Below are positions 13,001-26,094 of a stretch of 64,000 nt of DNA, piece by piece. A program made the position numbers and the translations under genes. The stretch spans positions 180,956-244,955 of the forward strand of contig NIVC01000405.1 in assembly GCA_002269645.1 (NCBI GenBank), written 5' to 3'. Positions within the stretch are counted from its first letter, which is position 1. Each line of letters starts with the position of its first letter. The DNA is from Macrostomum lignano. Taxonomy: Eukaryota. The notes beneath the pieces are model-generated. The model was not told the origin of the DNA. It did not search any database and saw nothing but the letters and a program-made list of their open reading frames with translations.

Positions 13001-16000
13001 AAAAGCTGCTTACACAACGTTCTCCAAGCAAAACAAAACTCACATGCAGCTCATCCAATCAGCTGGCCACAGCGGCACCAATTGCTTCTCAGCAAACTCT
13101 TTAATCGCATCCTCCCGCTCGCTCTCTTTGATCCGCTGGCTGGCCAAAGCTTCCAGTTTAATCCTGGCCGCCCGGTTCAACAGCTCCGTGGACTTCTGGC
13201 ACCAGACGAAGTTTCGACGCGGTTGCGGGCCCGGCGGCTTGCCGGCAACCGACGGCGAAGGCGGCGGCCTGCCCTCAGCCGTCGCGGCAGCCGCGGCCGC
13301 GTCGTTCTGCTGTCGCCAAGCGTCTATTCGCTCCCTGTAGAGCCGAGTCTCCTTAGCGTGCCTGGCCAGCTGTTCAGGCATAGCCGATTGCACTAATTCG
13401 CGCAGTCGGGTTAGCAGCACTTGCAACTGGGACTCGCTGCGATTCTCGCGCAGTTTTAATATTTTACGGCGCAGGCTAACCTTTGTGGCCAGGCCCAGGT
13501 GACCGGCCAGGTGGCTGTAGACTGCGTTGCATTGGGCCGAGGGCAGACCAGACCTGACGGGCGGGAGCGTTTAAATAGTAGTCAATGCTTAAGTAGCTGA
13601 CACCTTTGAAGGGTAGCTGAAACTTTTTTTAATCTGACACTTTTGAGGTGTAGCTGACACTTTTGGAGGGTAGCTGACACTTTAGGAGTGTAGCTGACAC
13701 TTTTGGGGTGTAGCTGACACTTCTGGAGTGTAGCTGACACTTTTGGAGGGTAGCTGACACTTTTGGGGTGTAGCTGACACTTCTGGAGTGTAGCTGATAC
13801 TTTTGGAGTGTAGCTGACACTTTTGGTGTAGCTGACACTTCTGGAGAGTAGCTGACACTTATGGAGAGTAGCTGACACTTTTGGAGGGTAGCTGACACTT
13901 TAGAGTATAGCTGACACTTTAGAGTATAGCCGACACTTTTGGAAGGTAGCTGAAACTTTTGGAGTGTAGCTGACACTTTTGGAGGGAGCTGACACTTTTG
14001 GAGTGTAGCTGACACTTTTGAAGTGTAGCTGACACTTTTAGAGTGTAGCTGACACTTTTGGAGGGTAGCTGACACTTAAGAGGTAGCTGACAGCCTGACA
14101 GGTTAGAGTGTAGCTGACACTTTTGGAGTCATGACCATAACGTTCAATCAATCATAACGGATCAAAGCCTAACCGAAGAAAGTCGTCCAAGGCCAGCCAA
14201 TCAGAAGCGAGGTCATTGCTAGCAAACAATTGCGACAATTTTCCACCGCCAGCATTGGCCGAAGCAGCAGACGAGGATTTCCTCTTAGCCTCCTTAATCC
14301 GATCGACAATCTGCAGAATTGGTGGCGGCAGATTTGGCGGCAGATTGGGCACCGCCTCATCGGGTTTAGCCTGGTTAGGCAGTTTGGACTGCTGCTGCTG
14401 CTGCTGAGCTGAAACTTTTTCATTGCCCAACACTACGGAATCAAATATAGAGTCGAGAGACGGCTTCAACGGATTGACGTTGGCGGCTGGCTTAGCTGGA
14501 GACGGAGAGTCTGCCAGAACCCTGTCGATGATGTGATCGATAGATCGAATTGGTTGAGCAGGATTCTGCGAGGCCGCCGCCTGTTGCTGAACAGTAGCTG
14601 GAGGTTTCAACGGAGTGACAGAACCTGTCATCTGAAGGTCAACAGCAGCCGTTGCGTTAGCCGCAGCTGTAGTAGTTTTCTGTCGCCTATGCGCTTTGGT
14701 CAAAGTTTTCACCGCTTTGGACACTAAGTCCCTTCGGCCGGGCGACATCTTCGACTTGGACTTGTTGGCGCCGCCGCCAAACAGCGAGGGTCGATCCGGA
14801 AGGAGCTGCTGCTGATGCTTGCGACGCTTCTTAGCAACACCCGCTGAGCTGTCCACTGACGAGGACGAGGAATCAGACGAGGAAGACGATGATGAGGAAG
14901 AAGCAGAAGAATCTCGTCGGCGTTTCTTTGAAGCGGCATCGGCATCGGCGGCCGCGGGACGGGCGGCGCCGGATGGCGTGCTGCCGTCAGCACTAGCCGG
15001 TCCTTCAATAACAATGTCTGACGCGTTGTCTGTAGTGACCTGCGATTGAAATAGGCTGCTCTTTAATCCCACACCCGATTCTCAATCCCACACCATTTAG
15101 ATTCTCAATCCCACACCCCAGATTCTCAATCCCACACCCCAGATTCTCAATCCCACACCCCAGATTCTCAATCCCACACCCCAGATTCTCAATCCCACAC
15201 TCCAGATTCTCAATCCCACACTCCAGATTCTCAATCCCACACTCCAGATTCTCAATCCCACACCCCAGATTCTCAATCCCACACTCCAGATTCTCAATCC
15301 CACACCATTTAGATTCTCAATCCCACACCCCAGATTCTCAATCCCACACCCCAGATTCTCAATCCCACACCATTTAGATTCTCAATCCCACACTCCAGAT
15401 TCTCAATCCCACACCATTTAGATTCTCAATCCCACACCCCAGATTCTCAATCCCACACCCCAGATTCTCAATCCCACACTCCAGATTCTCAATCCCACAC
15501 CCCAGATTCTCAATCCCACACTCCAGATTCTCAATCCCACACCATTTAGATTCTCAATCCCACACCCCAGATTCTCAATCCCACACCATTTAGATTCTCA
15601 ATCCCACACCATTTAGATTCTCAATCCCACACCATTTAGATTCTCAATCCCACACCATTTAGATTCTCAATCCCACACCCCAGATTCTCAATCCCACACC
15701 ATTTAGATTCTCAATCCCACACCATTTAGATTCTCAATCCCACACCATTTAGATTCTCAATCCCACACCATTTAGATTCTCAATCCCACACCCCAGATTC
15801 TCAATCCCACACCCCAGATTCTCAATCCCACACTCCAGATTCTCAATCCCACACTCCAGATTCTCAATCCCACACTCCAGATTCTCAATCCCACACCCCA
15901 GATTCTCAATCCCACACTCCAGATTCTCAATCCCACACCATTTAGATTCTCAATCCCACACTCCAGATTCTCAATCCCACACCCCAGATTCTCAATCCCA

Positions 16001-17909
16001 CACCCCAGATTCTCAATCCCACAGCCCAGATTCTCAATCCCACACCCCAGATTCTCAATCCCACACCCCAGATTCTCAATCCCACACCATTTAGATTCTC
16101 AATCCCACACTCCAGAGTCTCAATCCCACACCATTTAGATTCTCAATCCCACACTCCAGATTCTCAATCCCACACCATTTAGATTCTCAATCCCACACTC
16201 CAGATTCTCAATCCCACACCATTTAGATTCTCAATCCCACACCATTTAGATTCTCAATCCCACACCATTTAGATTCTCAATCCCACACCATTTAGATTCT
16301 CAATCCCACACCATTTAGATTCTCAATCCCACACCATTTAGATTCTCAATCCCACACCATTTAGATTCTCAATCCCACACCATTTAGATTCTCAATCCCA
16401 CACCATTTAGATTCTCAATCCCACACCATTTAGATTCTCAATCCCACACCATTTAGATTCTCAATCCCACACCATTTAGATTCTCAATCCCACACCCGAT
16501 TCTCAATCCCACACCATTTAGATTCTCAATCCCACACCCCAGATTCTCAATCCCACACCCCAGATTCTCAATCCCACACCCCAGATTCTCAATCCCACAC
16601 CCCAGATTTTCAATCCCACACCCCAGATTCTCAATCCCACACCCCAGATTCTCAATCCCACACCCCAGATTTTCAATCCCACATTCCAGATTCTAAATCC
16701 CACTCCAGATTCACAATCACACACCCTAGATTCTCAATCCCACACTCCAGATTCTCAATCTCATACCTCTTAGATTCTTAATTACCCACCTCTTAGATTC
16801 TCAATCCTACACCTTTTAGATTCTTAATCCCACACCTTTTAGATTTGTAGTGCTCACGCGAGCCCAATTTATATGTACATCGGCCTTGCGTACAATTCAT
16901 GCACTTTAAGCGCGGCGATTCTCCAACCCCCCCTCCATTCTGGTGGCGTGATTTTATTCCATAGTCTGAAAATAAATAAATATCGATCAGCCCACCTAGC
17001 AGGGCTCCACATTTTCGTCTCAGCACACTCCGGCCTTTCTTACTATAGCTATTACAAGATTCTCAATCCCACACATTTTAGATTCTTAATCCCACACATT
17101 TTAGATTCTCAATCCCACACCTTTTAGATTCTCAATCCCACACCCTAGATTCTCAATCCCACACCCCATTCGCTAGCAATCAGTCCCCAGCATTCGAACC
17201 TCCAAGTCGCCCTGATTAATATAGAAGCCGCCCAGCTTGGGCTTCTGATTCGGCAGCACCATCAGTTCTCGAGCGTCGCCATCGTCAATGAAAGAATCCT
17301 CAGAGTCGTAGCCCTCGCCCGGGTCCATGTAGTCTTGGACGCAGATTCTTCGCTGCCTGCGACCGCCTTTGCTGACGTACACCTGGGGACCGTATCTGGA
17401 CAATCGGAGGAAATTTAATACAGTGATTAATGATGAAAAGTAATAAGACTATTTTATGTTTCTTGCCTAGTGTTACTCTTTTGGATTTCTTACCTAGCCT
17501 CGAGACTCTGAGCAATTGACCGAAGTCTGTCATCCTCTGCGCTATCGACAGCAGCGAATGGATCAGCTGAGCCATTGTTATTACCATTGCTGCTGCCACC
17601 GCCGTTGTGCAGCGGCAAAGGTTCCGCCGGCTGACTGGGTTTAGTTGAAGCAGCCTTGCCGATAAGATCTAGGAATGAATACTCGTACCGTCTGTGCTCA
17701 TCATCGTTGAGCTCGCCATCGGGAAACAGTTTGATTTCGACTCGATAGGCAAAATCTGATTTACTGTCGCTGGACTTGGGAAATTTGCTTTTAGAAGAAG
17801 CCGGCTGACATTTCTGCTGTTGCTGCTGCTGCTGCTGCGAGGACAACGCGGATGCTCCAGTTGTGGAAGCCAGGGTCTCAAAGTCCACGCGCCTCGGTCG
17901 AGCAGTCAT
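9844..17909 (-). CDS. UBN1: Ubinuclein (UBN1/2, yemanuclein; HIRA histone H3.3 chaperone subunit), 1292 aa
   Basis: Exons 17909-17494, 17395-17200, 15039-14174, 13553-13044, 12039-11890 and 11584-9844 sum to 3879 nt in frame. N-terminal RVDF, DPF..LRSIAQSLEARYG; HRD/HUN domain GEGYDSEDSFIDD..GGFYINQGDL; middle domain VYSHLAGHL..AMPEQLARH..W..IKLE..LVPLWPADWM; Q/P-rich tail. The exon 3 acceptor could alternatively be at 15060. Confidence 0.9.
10805..11495 (-). repeat. Coding 33-bp minisatellite, ~21 copies of the 11-aa unit VSRPQQPTPSQ
   Basis: Visible in both the DNA (GCTGAGGCCTTGAGACCTGTGATGGTGTCGGTT) and the 589-aa ORF. Confidence 0.95.
12200..13005. repeat. Degenerate ~22-bp minisatellite (GAAATCGAGATCCCAAAATCCCT) filling ubinuclein intron 4
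   Basis: Tandem degenerate units, including a duplicated ~180-bp block. Confidence 0.85.
13590..14125. repeat. ~20-bp minisatellite (GTGTAGCTGACACTTTTGGA) filling ubinuclein intron 3
   Basis: Tandem units seen directly. Confidence 0.95.
15063..17168. repeat. 21-bp minisatellite (AGATTCTCAATCCCACACCCC and variants) filling ubinuclein intron 2
   Basis: ~1.8 kb array (15063-16850) plus a short continuation at 17057-17168, separated by a ~200-bp unique island. Confidence 0.97.
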
Positions 17910-19743
17910 TTATTATTATTAATAAATGGGTCAACCAGCCAATGACAATACACTGGATATGCTTAGTCAATAAGGAACTGTAAATTAGGAATTACGCAAA
18001 TTTATTTTGACAACACCCATATTGCTTACAAATTGTATGTGCATGCTTAAGATATAAAAACAAAACTATATACAAGTATATTAGTGTGGTAGGGGGGGGG
18101 GGGTATTTCAAGCTGTTGTGTTGACTATACCAGGCACATAGCCAGAAATTTTCTTTGGGTGGAGGGGAAAGCTGCCTCTAGGGAGGGAAAGATATACTAA
18201 AAAAAGACTTCAAAAAAACTTTTTGGCTCTTACAAGGGATAAATACCCCCCCCCTCCCCATGCCCTTGGAGTATACATATTAGTTCTATTAATTCCATCT
18301 GTCTATAAGAACATTAAAGCATCTGCCAAAGTAAATGAATTATAGTTGTCTACTAAAGTCAATTATTTAGGATTGGTTGTGACTAATGATGAAACAGTTT
18401 GGCTTTTCCGCTACTATTAGTAGTTTGTCTCAGTGAATATTAGTAAACAGGGCTAAATATGGCTTGGCAGGATTGCTTATAAGAATAGGAGCAGTGGAGC
18501 TCTTAGAAAGAAAAAAGAAATATTCGGAGTTATGAGCTCTGCCCTTGCCCGGTCCATCTTGCCCTGTCCTCGGGTCCATCTCCTGGCTCCTGCTGAAGGT
18601 CCCTGCTTGCGTGTCTCTGGCTCTCATCCTGACAGTGGATTGGTGTCCTGGGAAGGATGTTCGTCCCGAACCGGGGACAACCGGCTGAGTCCGGAGTCCT
18701 CTTGCCCTGGGTGCCTCTTCTCCCGACCCCTTGGCCTGGCCCCCAATAATGAGCTGGATAGGCGATGCCCTTGGGTTGGTAGCAATAGAGGCGTAGCAAT
18801 ATCCGCCTGGAGTCTCCCCCTCGGATACAAGCCTTCCAGACTCACTCCAAAATAGAGCTGGGTAGTGAAAAGCCTTGAGGCTCGAGACCTACAGTTGTCC
18901 AGTGCTGTATAGGATCGCTCTTGGTAACTAGCTGCCCAGACTCGCTCCAATAGTTTAAGCCATTTCCGTAGGTTTAGGAGTAACTCCTCACTCAGACCGC
19001 TTTCTTAGTAGTATTCCAAGCATTTCGCTCTCCAATTTTTCTGCGCACTCCCAAAGACTTGCTAGCTGGGGGGGGGGTGGCCTAGGTGGACTCGGTCCTA
19101 GCACCATCCCTGATTCCACTGTTTGGGTTGGCGGTGTCTTGTACCATAGGCTTGGGTCAACTCGCCCACCCGCGCTTTGAGCCGGGTCCAATCCCAATGC
19201 ATCCATGGGGTATCTCGGGCCCTGGACAGCTAATGCCTTGGCCCCTGGTAGTGCCCCTCAGCGGCAGAGCCCACCCCAGGCTGATCCGCGGGTAGCAATG
19301 CTTCCCACCCTCATTTAACAACAACAAAAAGAAAAAAGAAACAAAAACCATTAGCCTGAACTATATGAGACTCACAATATCATTGGTATATTGGATACAT
19401 CTAAAATTGGATACATAGTATAGCATGTTATACTATGGAAACCCTTTTTCTATAGCTACACAACCATTTTTTCATGAGAATGTCAAATGCTATTAGCAAA
19501 ATCCTATATTTACTATAACAGGATTGGAATCTTCTTCAAGATTTTATTAATTTTGATTGATAGATAGGGATACAAAATCACTATAATGATAATCTATCAT
19601 AAGATGATAAAGGTTAAAAACACTTACTAGCAAACCTAGAAAATATAGCAAGGTTTCTAACAGTAGGCCCTATGAATATAATATCCTATTAATATACTAT
19701 TTGTAATGGTACATGGCTCATTTGTTAAATTTTAATATGCTTT

Positions 19744-20528
19744 TGGGCCATTCCATATAATTATGGTCGTAACATGACAGATTATTTTTACTTATAAAAT
19801 GAAATCTAATAATAGAATATACTAAACCAATATTTTGAATGAAAGATTATTTTGTCAAGAATATGTTTATAAAGTTTCATATAGATATCATCATTAGTAT
19901 AGCTGCTATTAAACCTTGAATGGCACTTATGGTCGTAACAACAGGATTTTTGACATATAGAAACTAAAAGGTAAAAGTCTTATAACATTTTTCATTTGTG
20001 ATATCTTGCAATAATTTTTTTAAATTTGACTAAGAACATCTTTAGAAGTCATACTCTTATTAGAATATATAAACTCAAAAAGGCAACAAAGATACAAAAG
20101 AAAAGGCAGCCTTATGGTCGTAACATTATGGTTGTAACATATTTTTTTTCTGTCAATTCAGTAACTTTAAAGTACTAATATATTAAAAATATAATAGATT
20201 AAATATGGTTGCTAATGTTTTTATCTGATGATGCAAGTACTATAATTTTATATATGGTTTGTTTTAACCTTCTAAAGCTTTCTATTTATTTTTAAAAGGT
20301 ACATAAACTTAATGATGTCTTTTGCTTAGAAAATGTCCATTTTTTACAAAAATAACTTTTTGCCAATTGATAACATACTAATCTAACATTTTACCCTTCC
20401 TTTATTCTTAGATTGTATACATTACATACAAAAAAGATTTGGTAAAAAAATTGGCTGATAAGGCAATGACAAGCAAAATATTGACTTTTTTCTATTTTCC
20501 AAATATGTCTATCTTATATGGAATGGGC
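19744..20528. mobile_element. Non-autonomous DNA transposon with 17-bp TIRs, CpG-depleted
   Basis: TGGGCCATTCCATATAA at 19744 and TTATATGGAATGGGCCA ending 20528 (1 mismatch). Internal repeated motif TTATGGTCGTAACA at ~19762, ~19928 and ~20112. TSD not clear. Confidence 0.6.
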
Positions 20529-21229
20529 CATTGATTAAAAATTGTATCCAATTATTGCCTAGAAAAATATAGTAGCAAGTCTAAATAGATAGTTTATTCA
20601 CTTATTAATTAGATAATAGGCCTATCCATTTTAGATACAAGATATTTTGGCAAGTGTTATTTCAATCATAGCTATATTAGTAATAAATAATCTAGTAATA
20701 GTTTTGCCCAATTTGGCAAATATTTACTTATAAGTTAATAATAGTGTATATATTTCAAAAATAATTATATGCAATGTACATTTTGCTTTAATTTAAACAT
20801 TGATTAGTTGTATATAAATTAAATAATTTATTGTTAATATGGCTTTGGCAAAGCAAAGCCCAAAAAACTTTTTCTAAAATGATTTATTATCAAAATCTTT
20901 GAAATCATTTTAATTAAAGAACTAATATTATAAATAATTTAAAAGTTATTTTAATACAACAATATGTATTTTAATTAGAGTTCTACCATAGCTACTGATA
21001 TGGCTATAGTAACTTATATATATGGAGGTTTTTTGGCAAAGCATATAGATATAGATATGGTTACAGGAACATATTTTCTATATCTTGTTCCCATATCTAG
21101 TAATACTGCTAAACTAAGAATTGCAAGACGATTGAAGCCATTGATTTGATTTGGTTAGGGTAATAAAAATAAAGAAATGCTGCTAGTGTCAAAGTGAAAG
21201 GAACTAATAAGTCCCTAGAATATAGGACT

Positions 21230-21810
21230 CAAATATCAACATAGATTGCCTATGTTGTGGTTGGGTGGTAGATGGCTAATGCTAAGATGAATGTTTTCAT
21301 TTTCAAAGGAAAGCTCTTAAGTCCTTGCGTAGATTTGGGGACTTAACAACAGAAAGTTTCATTGCTATATACACATTGTAGTTGGGTAGTGGGAGGCTAA
21401 TGTTAAGATAAATGTTTTTACTTTCAATGCAGAGGAGCCTTTAAGTCCCTGGGGTTGGGGACTTAAACAACTGAGAGTTTTGATGCCACATGCACATTGG
21501 GATTGTGGGGCTAATGTTAACAAGATAAATGTTTTCACTTTCAAAGGAAGCTCTTAAGTCCCTAGAGTTGTGGACTAGGATGGGGTTGGGATGTTAGAGG
21601 CTAAATTTAATATGAATGTTTTCACTTTCAATGTAAGAGGAGCTCTTAAGTCCTTAGAATTGGGGACTCAAGCAACAAAGATAGAAATGTTTGAATCTAT
21701 ATGCACATTGAGATTGGAATAGGGGGGAGGGTTAAAGTTAAGATGTTTTCACTTTAAATGCAAAGGGAGCTTTTAAGTCCCTAGGGTCAGAGACTCAAAC
21801 AACCTTTTTG
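21230..21810. repeat. Degenerate ~120-bp tandem repeat, ~5 copies
   Basis: Recurring CTAATG.TAAGAT.AATGTTTTCACTTTCAA...CTCTTAAGTCC...GGGACT blocks. Confidence 0.75.
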
Positions 21811-22659
21811 ATACCATTTGCCTACGCTTAAGTTAAGATTAATGAAGCCAAAATGAAAGCTATATAGCATCTGCAAGTATAAATTTATCAAAAAGGGTAG
21901 ATTGCAAAGAAGGTTACTTGGAAACCAACAGATGAGTAGGCCATTGCCCTTGTAGATCTTAATAAGAAGTGAAGATTTTGTTACTTAAGTGATTTAAACA
22001 TAAGAAAACAAGAAAGGGAAAAGAATGAATGAAGAGAGAAAAAAGTAATAAGAAGAAGAAAGAAAAAAAGAGGAGAGGGGAAAAGGGAAGAAAGAGAGAG
22101 GAAGAGAAAAAAGAGGATGGATAAGAGTCAGAAAGGAAAGAAGAAAGTAGAAGGAAAAAGACAAAAAAGAAGACATTTGTCCTTGGCCTTGCTTGTGCAG
22201 TCTTTGCATCTTGAGTAGTAGGCTTAGCATTTTGTATAGTGCAGCAGCCTAGGGTAGCAAGCCTCTAACTAAATGATATGGCTAGCTAGTCAAAGTTGTT
22301 GCCTGCACAGTAAGTTAGAAAATCATAGGCCTATTATGCACATCTTTATGTGAAGTAAGGCATTGGTCTTGCTATATAGACTGCTATGTATTCCAAATGC
22401 TGCACACAACATGGCTATATATGTAGCATCCAGCTGTATCTCTAAGGCATCTGTCAAGGTCTAGGTCTTAACATTGTACAATAGTTACAAAACAAAGGTT
22501 TATTAGCTATAGATATAGATATGGACTAGCAATCTTTGCCCCCCGATGGGGGACATCTGGATAGAATCCTTGTTCTTTACAAATAATAAATAGACAGCAA
22601 AATAAAGCCTTCATAAGAAACAACAGACATTCCCTCTTAAAAACAAAACATCCCAAGAC

Positions 22660-23130
22660 AGCAAGCATCCTCAGACAGCATTCAAGCATTGATCCCCAAA
22701 TAGCAAGCATCCCCCAGACTGCAAGCATCCCCCCAATAGCAAGCAACCCATGATAGCAAGCATCCCCAGATAGCAAGCATTCCCCCAGACCCCAGATAGC
22801 AAGCATCCCCCAGATAGCAAGCATCCCCCAGATCGCAAGCATCCCCCAGATAGCAAGCACCCTCCAGATAGCAAGCATTCCCCCAGACCCCAGATAGTAA
22901 GCTTCCCCCAGATAGTAAGCATCCCCCAGATAGCAAGCATCTCCTAGATAGCAAGCATCCCCCAGATAGCAAGCATCCCCCAGATCGCAAGCATCCTCTA
23001 GACAGTAAGCAACCCCTGATAGCAAGCATAACCTGGATACAAAGAGACCTTATAGATATCTAGCAACCCCCTCTCAGATAGCAAATACTCTCCACCCCCA
23101 AAAGCAAGCATCCCTCTGATAGCAAACATC
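22660..23130. repeat. 18-bp minisatellite (CCCCAGATAGCAAGCATC)
   Basis: Tandem units seen directly. Confidence 0.9.
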
Positions 23131-23179
23131 CACCAGAGAACAAGTAGCTAGTACAACAATTTCCTTAGCTTTATAATGG

Positions 23180-23960
23180 TTCCATTTTGTTTGGTATGAC
23201 ACTTCTTTTATGTTTGAAATGGTGTCTCTTTTTTGTTTAAAAAGGTGGCTCTTAAATGTTTGACATGGTAAGATCTTCTATGTTTGACATGGTAGCTCTT
23301 TTGTGTTTGACATGATAGCTCTTTAGGGTTTGACATGGACTCACATATATTTTTGACATGATGGCTCTTTTATGTTTGGCATGGTGGCTCTTAAATGTTC
23401 GACATGGTGGCTCTTAAATGTTCGACATGGTGGCTCTTTAATGTTCGACATGGTGGCTCTTTTATGTTTGACATGGTGGCTCTTTTATGTTTGACATGGG
23501 GCTCTTATGTTCAACATGGTGGCTCTTTTATGTTTGACATGGTGGCTCTTTATGTTCGACATGGTGGCTCTTTTATGTTTGACATGGTGGCTCTTTGATG
23601 TTTGACATGGTGGCTCTTTTATGATTGATATAGTGGCTCTTTATGTTTGAAATGGTGGCTCTTTTATGATTGACATGGTGGCTCTTTTATGTTCAACATG
23701 ATGGCTCTTTTATGTTTGACATGGTGGCTCTTTGATGTTTGACATGGTGGCTCTTTTATGATTGATATAGTGGCTCTTTATGTTTGAAATGGTGGCTCTT
23801 TTATGATTGACATGGTGGCTCTTTTATGTTCAACATGATGGCTCTTTTATGTTTGACATGGTGGCTCTTTTATGTTTGAAATGGTGTCTTTTCTGTGTTC
23901 GAAATGGTAGCACTTTTATGTTTGGCATGGTGGCTCTTTTATATTTGACATTGCGCTTCT
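23180..23960. repeat. 22-23-bp minisatellite (TTTATGTTYRACATGGTGGCTCT)
   Basis: Tandem units with variants GTTCGAC, GTTTGAC and GTTCAAC. Confidence 0.92.
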
Positions 23961-24839
23961 TTTATGTTTAGCATTTTGTGTTTTAAAGTGTTTTAATAAA
24001 AAAAATATTTTGCACTTCTAAGATTCAAACCCAGGTCGCTACATTAGCAGTCTAGTCTGTTTGCATCTAGGCTATCTCTTTTCAATTGGAGAACATGAAT
24101 TGTGGCCCTTAAAATTCAATAGTTACAGCAAGTTGGTTAGAGTAAAAAGTTATGACATAATCAATTTCTCAGTCAGCCAGTATCAGTCTTAATTTAAGTT
24201 AGCAATATGGTTATGCAATTTCAATCAAGTCTTGTTCACATTTCTTTGGCACTGTTTTCAACTTGTTGTGATGTAATATTTATCAGAATTGAAATTCAGT
24301 CAGTCAGTTTTTTCTCTAGCATTCGTACAATGCATTTCAGGTCAAAAGAGCTGCTAGACCTTTGCAAACAAGCTTGTTTTTAGAATATTTAATCCCTTGA
24401 ACATTGAGAAATTTCTTAGCCAGGATGCATGTACTGTCCTAGGAAAATTTCTGATCAAATGGTGCAAATTTGAAGAAAATCGGTTGATCCAATTTTTCTG
24501 AAATCTATTGCATAGCTAGATAGATATTGACAACTCATTTTTGGTATATAGGATATAAAAATGGATATAAAACTTGGCTTTAGCCATAAAAATCATTCCA
24601 TTATTATATAGTTAAAGATAGCTATATTTTGTCAATTTTGAATGCTAATGCTTGCATTTGCAACTCAAAAAGTCATCACCAATGCAGTCACAATCATAGA
24701 AAGACAATCTGTGCTATATGTAAAAGATGTAATAGGGCCTAGGTATCCCAAAGTCAAAGAAGGTCAAATTTTAATCCAAAACTATGCAAAACTGTCTACT
24801 CCTATTTCCTAGCAACTACACATGCTGTTGCCTGTTATA

Positions 24840-25179
24840 TACATGCCCAACACCCATCCAACCCATCCAAACTAGATAGGTGAAATGGCCACTAGCCAAG
24901 CCCAAGGTGAGTTGCAAATTGAAAATGCAAAAAAAACAATAAATTGTGAGAAGAAAGAAAGGAGAAGAGAAAAGGAAAAGAAAGAGAAGAGAAGGGAAAA
25001 AGAGAGAAAGAGAAAGAAGAAAAGAGAAAAAGGCGAGAAAAGTCACATACCAAGTGAAAATTAAGTCGCGATCAGGGGAACTAGGCCTAAGTTGCAATTG
25101 AGAGGAACTAAGTCGCAAATCTGGACAAAACTAGGCCTAAGTCACACTGGATGGGTGAAATTTTGAGGTTGGGCATGTA
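24840..25179. mobile_element. MITE, TA|CATGCCCAAC ... GTTGGGCATG|TA
   Basis: 13-bp perfect inverted repeat (24839-24851 and 25168-25180) enclosing a purine-rich tract and CTAGGCCTAAGT repeats. Confidence 0.55.
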
Positions 25180-26094
25180 TGGCCTTTTAGCTAGTCAATA
25201 TTCATAAGTTTTGTTTTCTGCAGTTCTTATTTTAATTGACACTTCCATTCCTGAGCAATTAGCTTTCAGAACTTGTAACAACTTTTTAAACTAATTGAAA
25301 TAAGAAATAAGCCTCTTAAATAAGCCAGAGGGGGGGTCGACTAAATTTAATTTAGGCGGAGACCTGAAAAATCAATGGGGGAAGGACCAAACGAATTTTA
25401 GGCTTAGGCCTCGCCAAAATAGAGCCACCCCTTCCGCACCGCCCCGGGTCTTTATTCTCCACAATCCGCCCACCTCAGCAAATTCTGGTTGCGCCACTGT
25501 GTCCATGGACATTCAACTATTCTTAAAAAGTTAAAATGTCAATTTCAGACTTTCAGCCAGTTCTGATTATGAATGCTGTTGCTCATGAACGGAAGCACCA
25601 ATTCAAATGGAACAAGAACTGCAGGAAACAAAACTTATGAATGTTCACTGTCAGCATGTCAGCATGTGCAGTTGCTAGGAAACAGGAGCAAACAGTTTTT
25701 CACAGTTTTGGATCAAATTGAGCTTTTTGGGAGACCCTACTGTAGGCCTATGTATACAGTAGTAGTACTAATGTGCGCAACAAGGGCTAATTATCAATCA
25801 ATCAAGTCAAGCCATAGATGACCCGCATTCGAACTCCAACTCCAACTCCAACTCCAAATTCGTGAAAAGATAAACAAATTTTCAAATCCTTCAAAAGCTA
25901 ACCGTATGTCCAAAACTGGGATAATAAGATGATAAAAATAAAAAATAACAACTGTTTTCTACATTTTTGTGACTTTTCAGTCACATTCATTCATCCAACT
26001 TGTTGCTATTGATCTTCAGTTTAAAATAGACGATATAAATTCAACAATTTCCGTACATTTACAGACTCTATTAAAATGTTTGAAGACCTGGTCT

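Noticed and set aside
18131-25499. hAT-like ends CAGGCACATAGCCAG (18131) and CTGGTTGCGCCACTG (25499) as termini of one 7.4-kb element bounding the CpG-poor block
   Set aside because: The flanks (GACTATAC versus TGTCCATG) form no TSD and the ends match only loosely, so they are probably separate MITE remnants.
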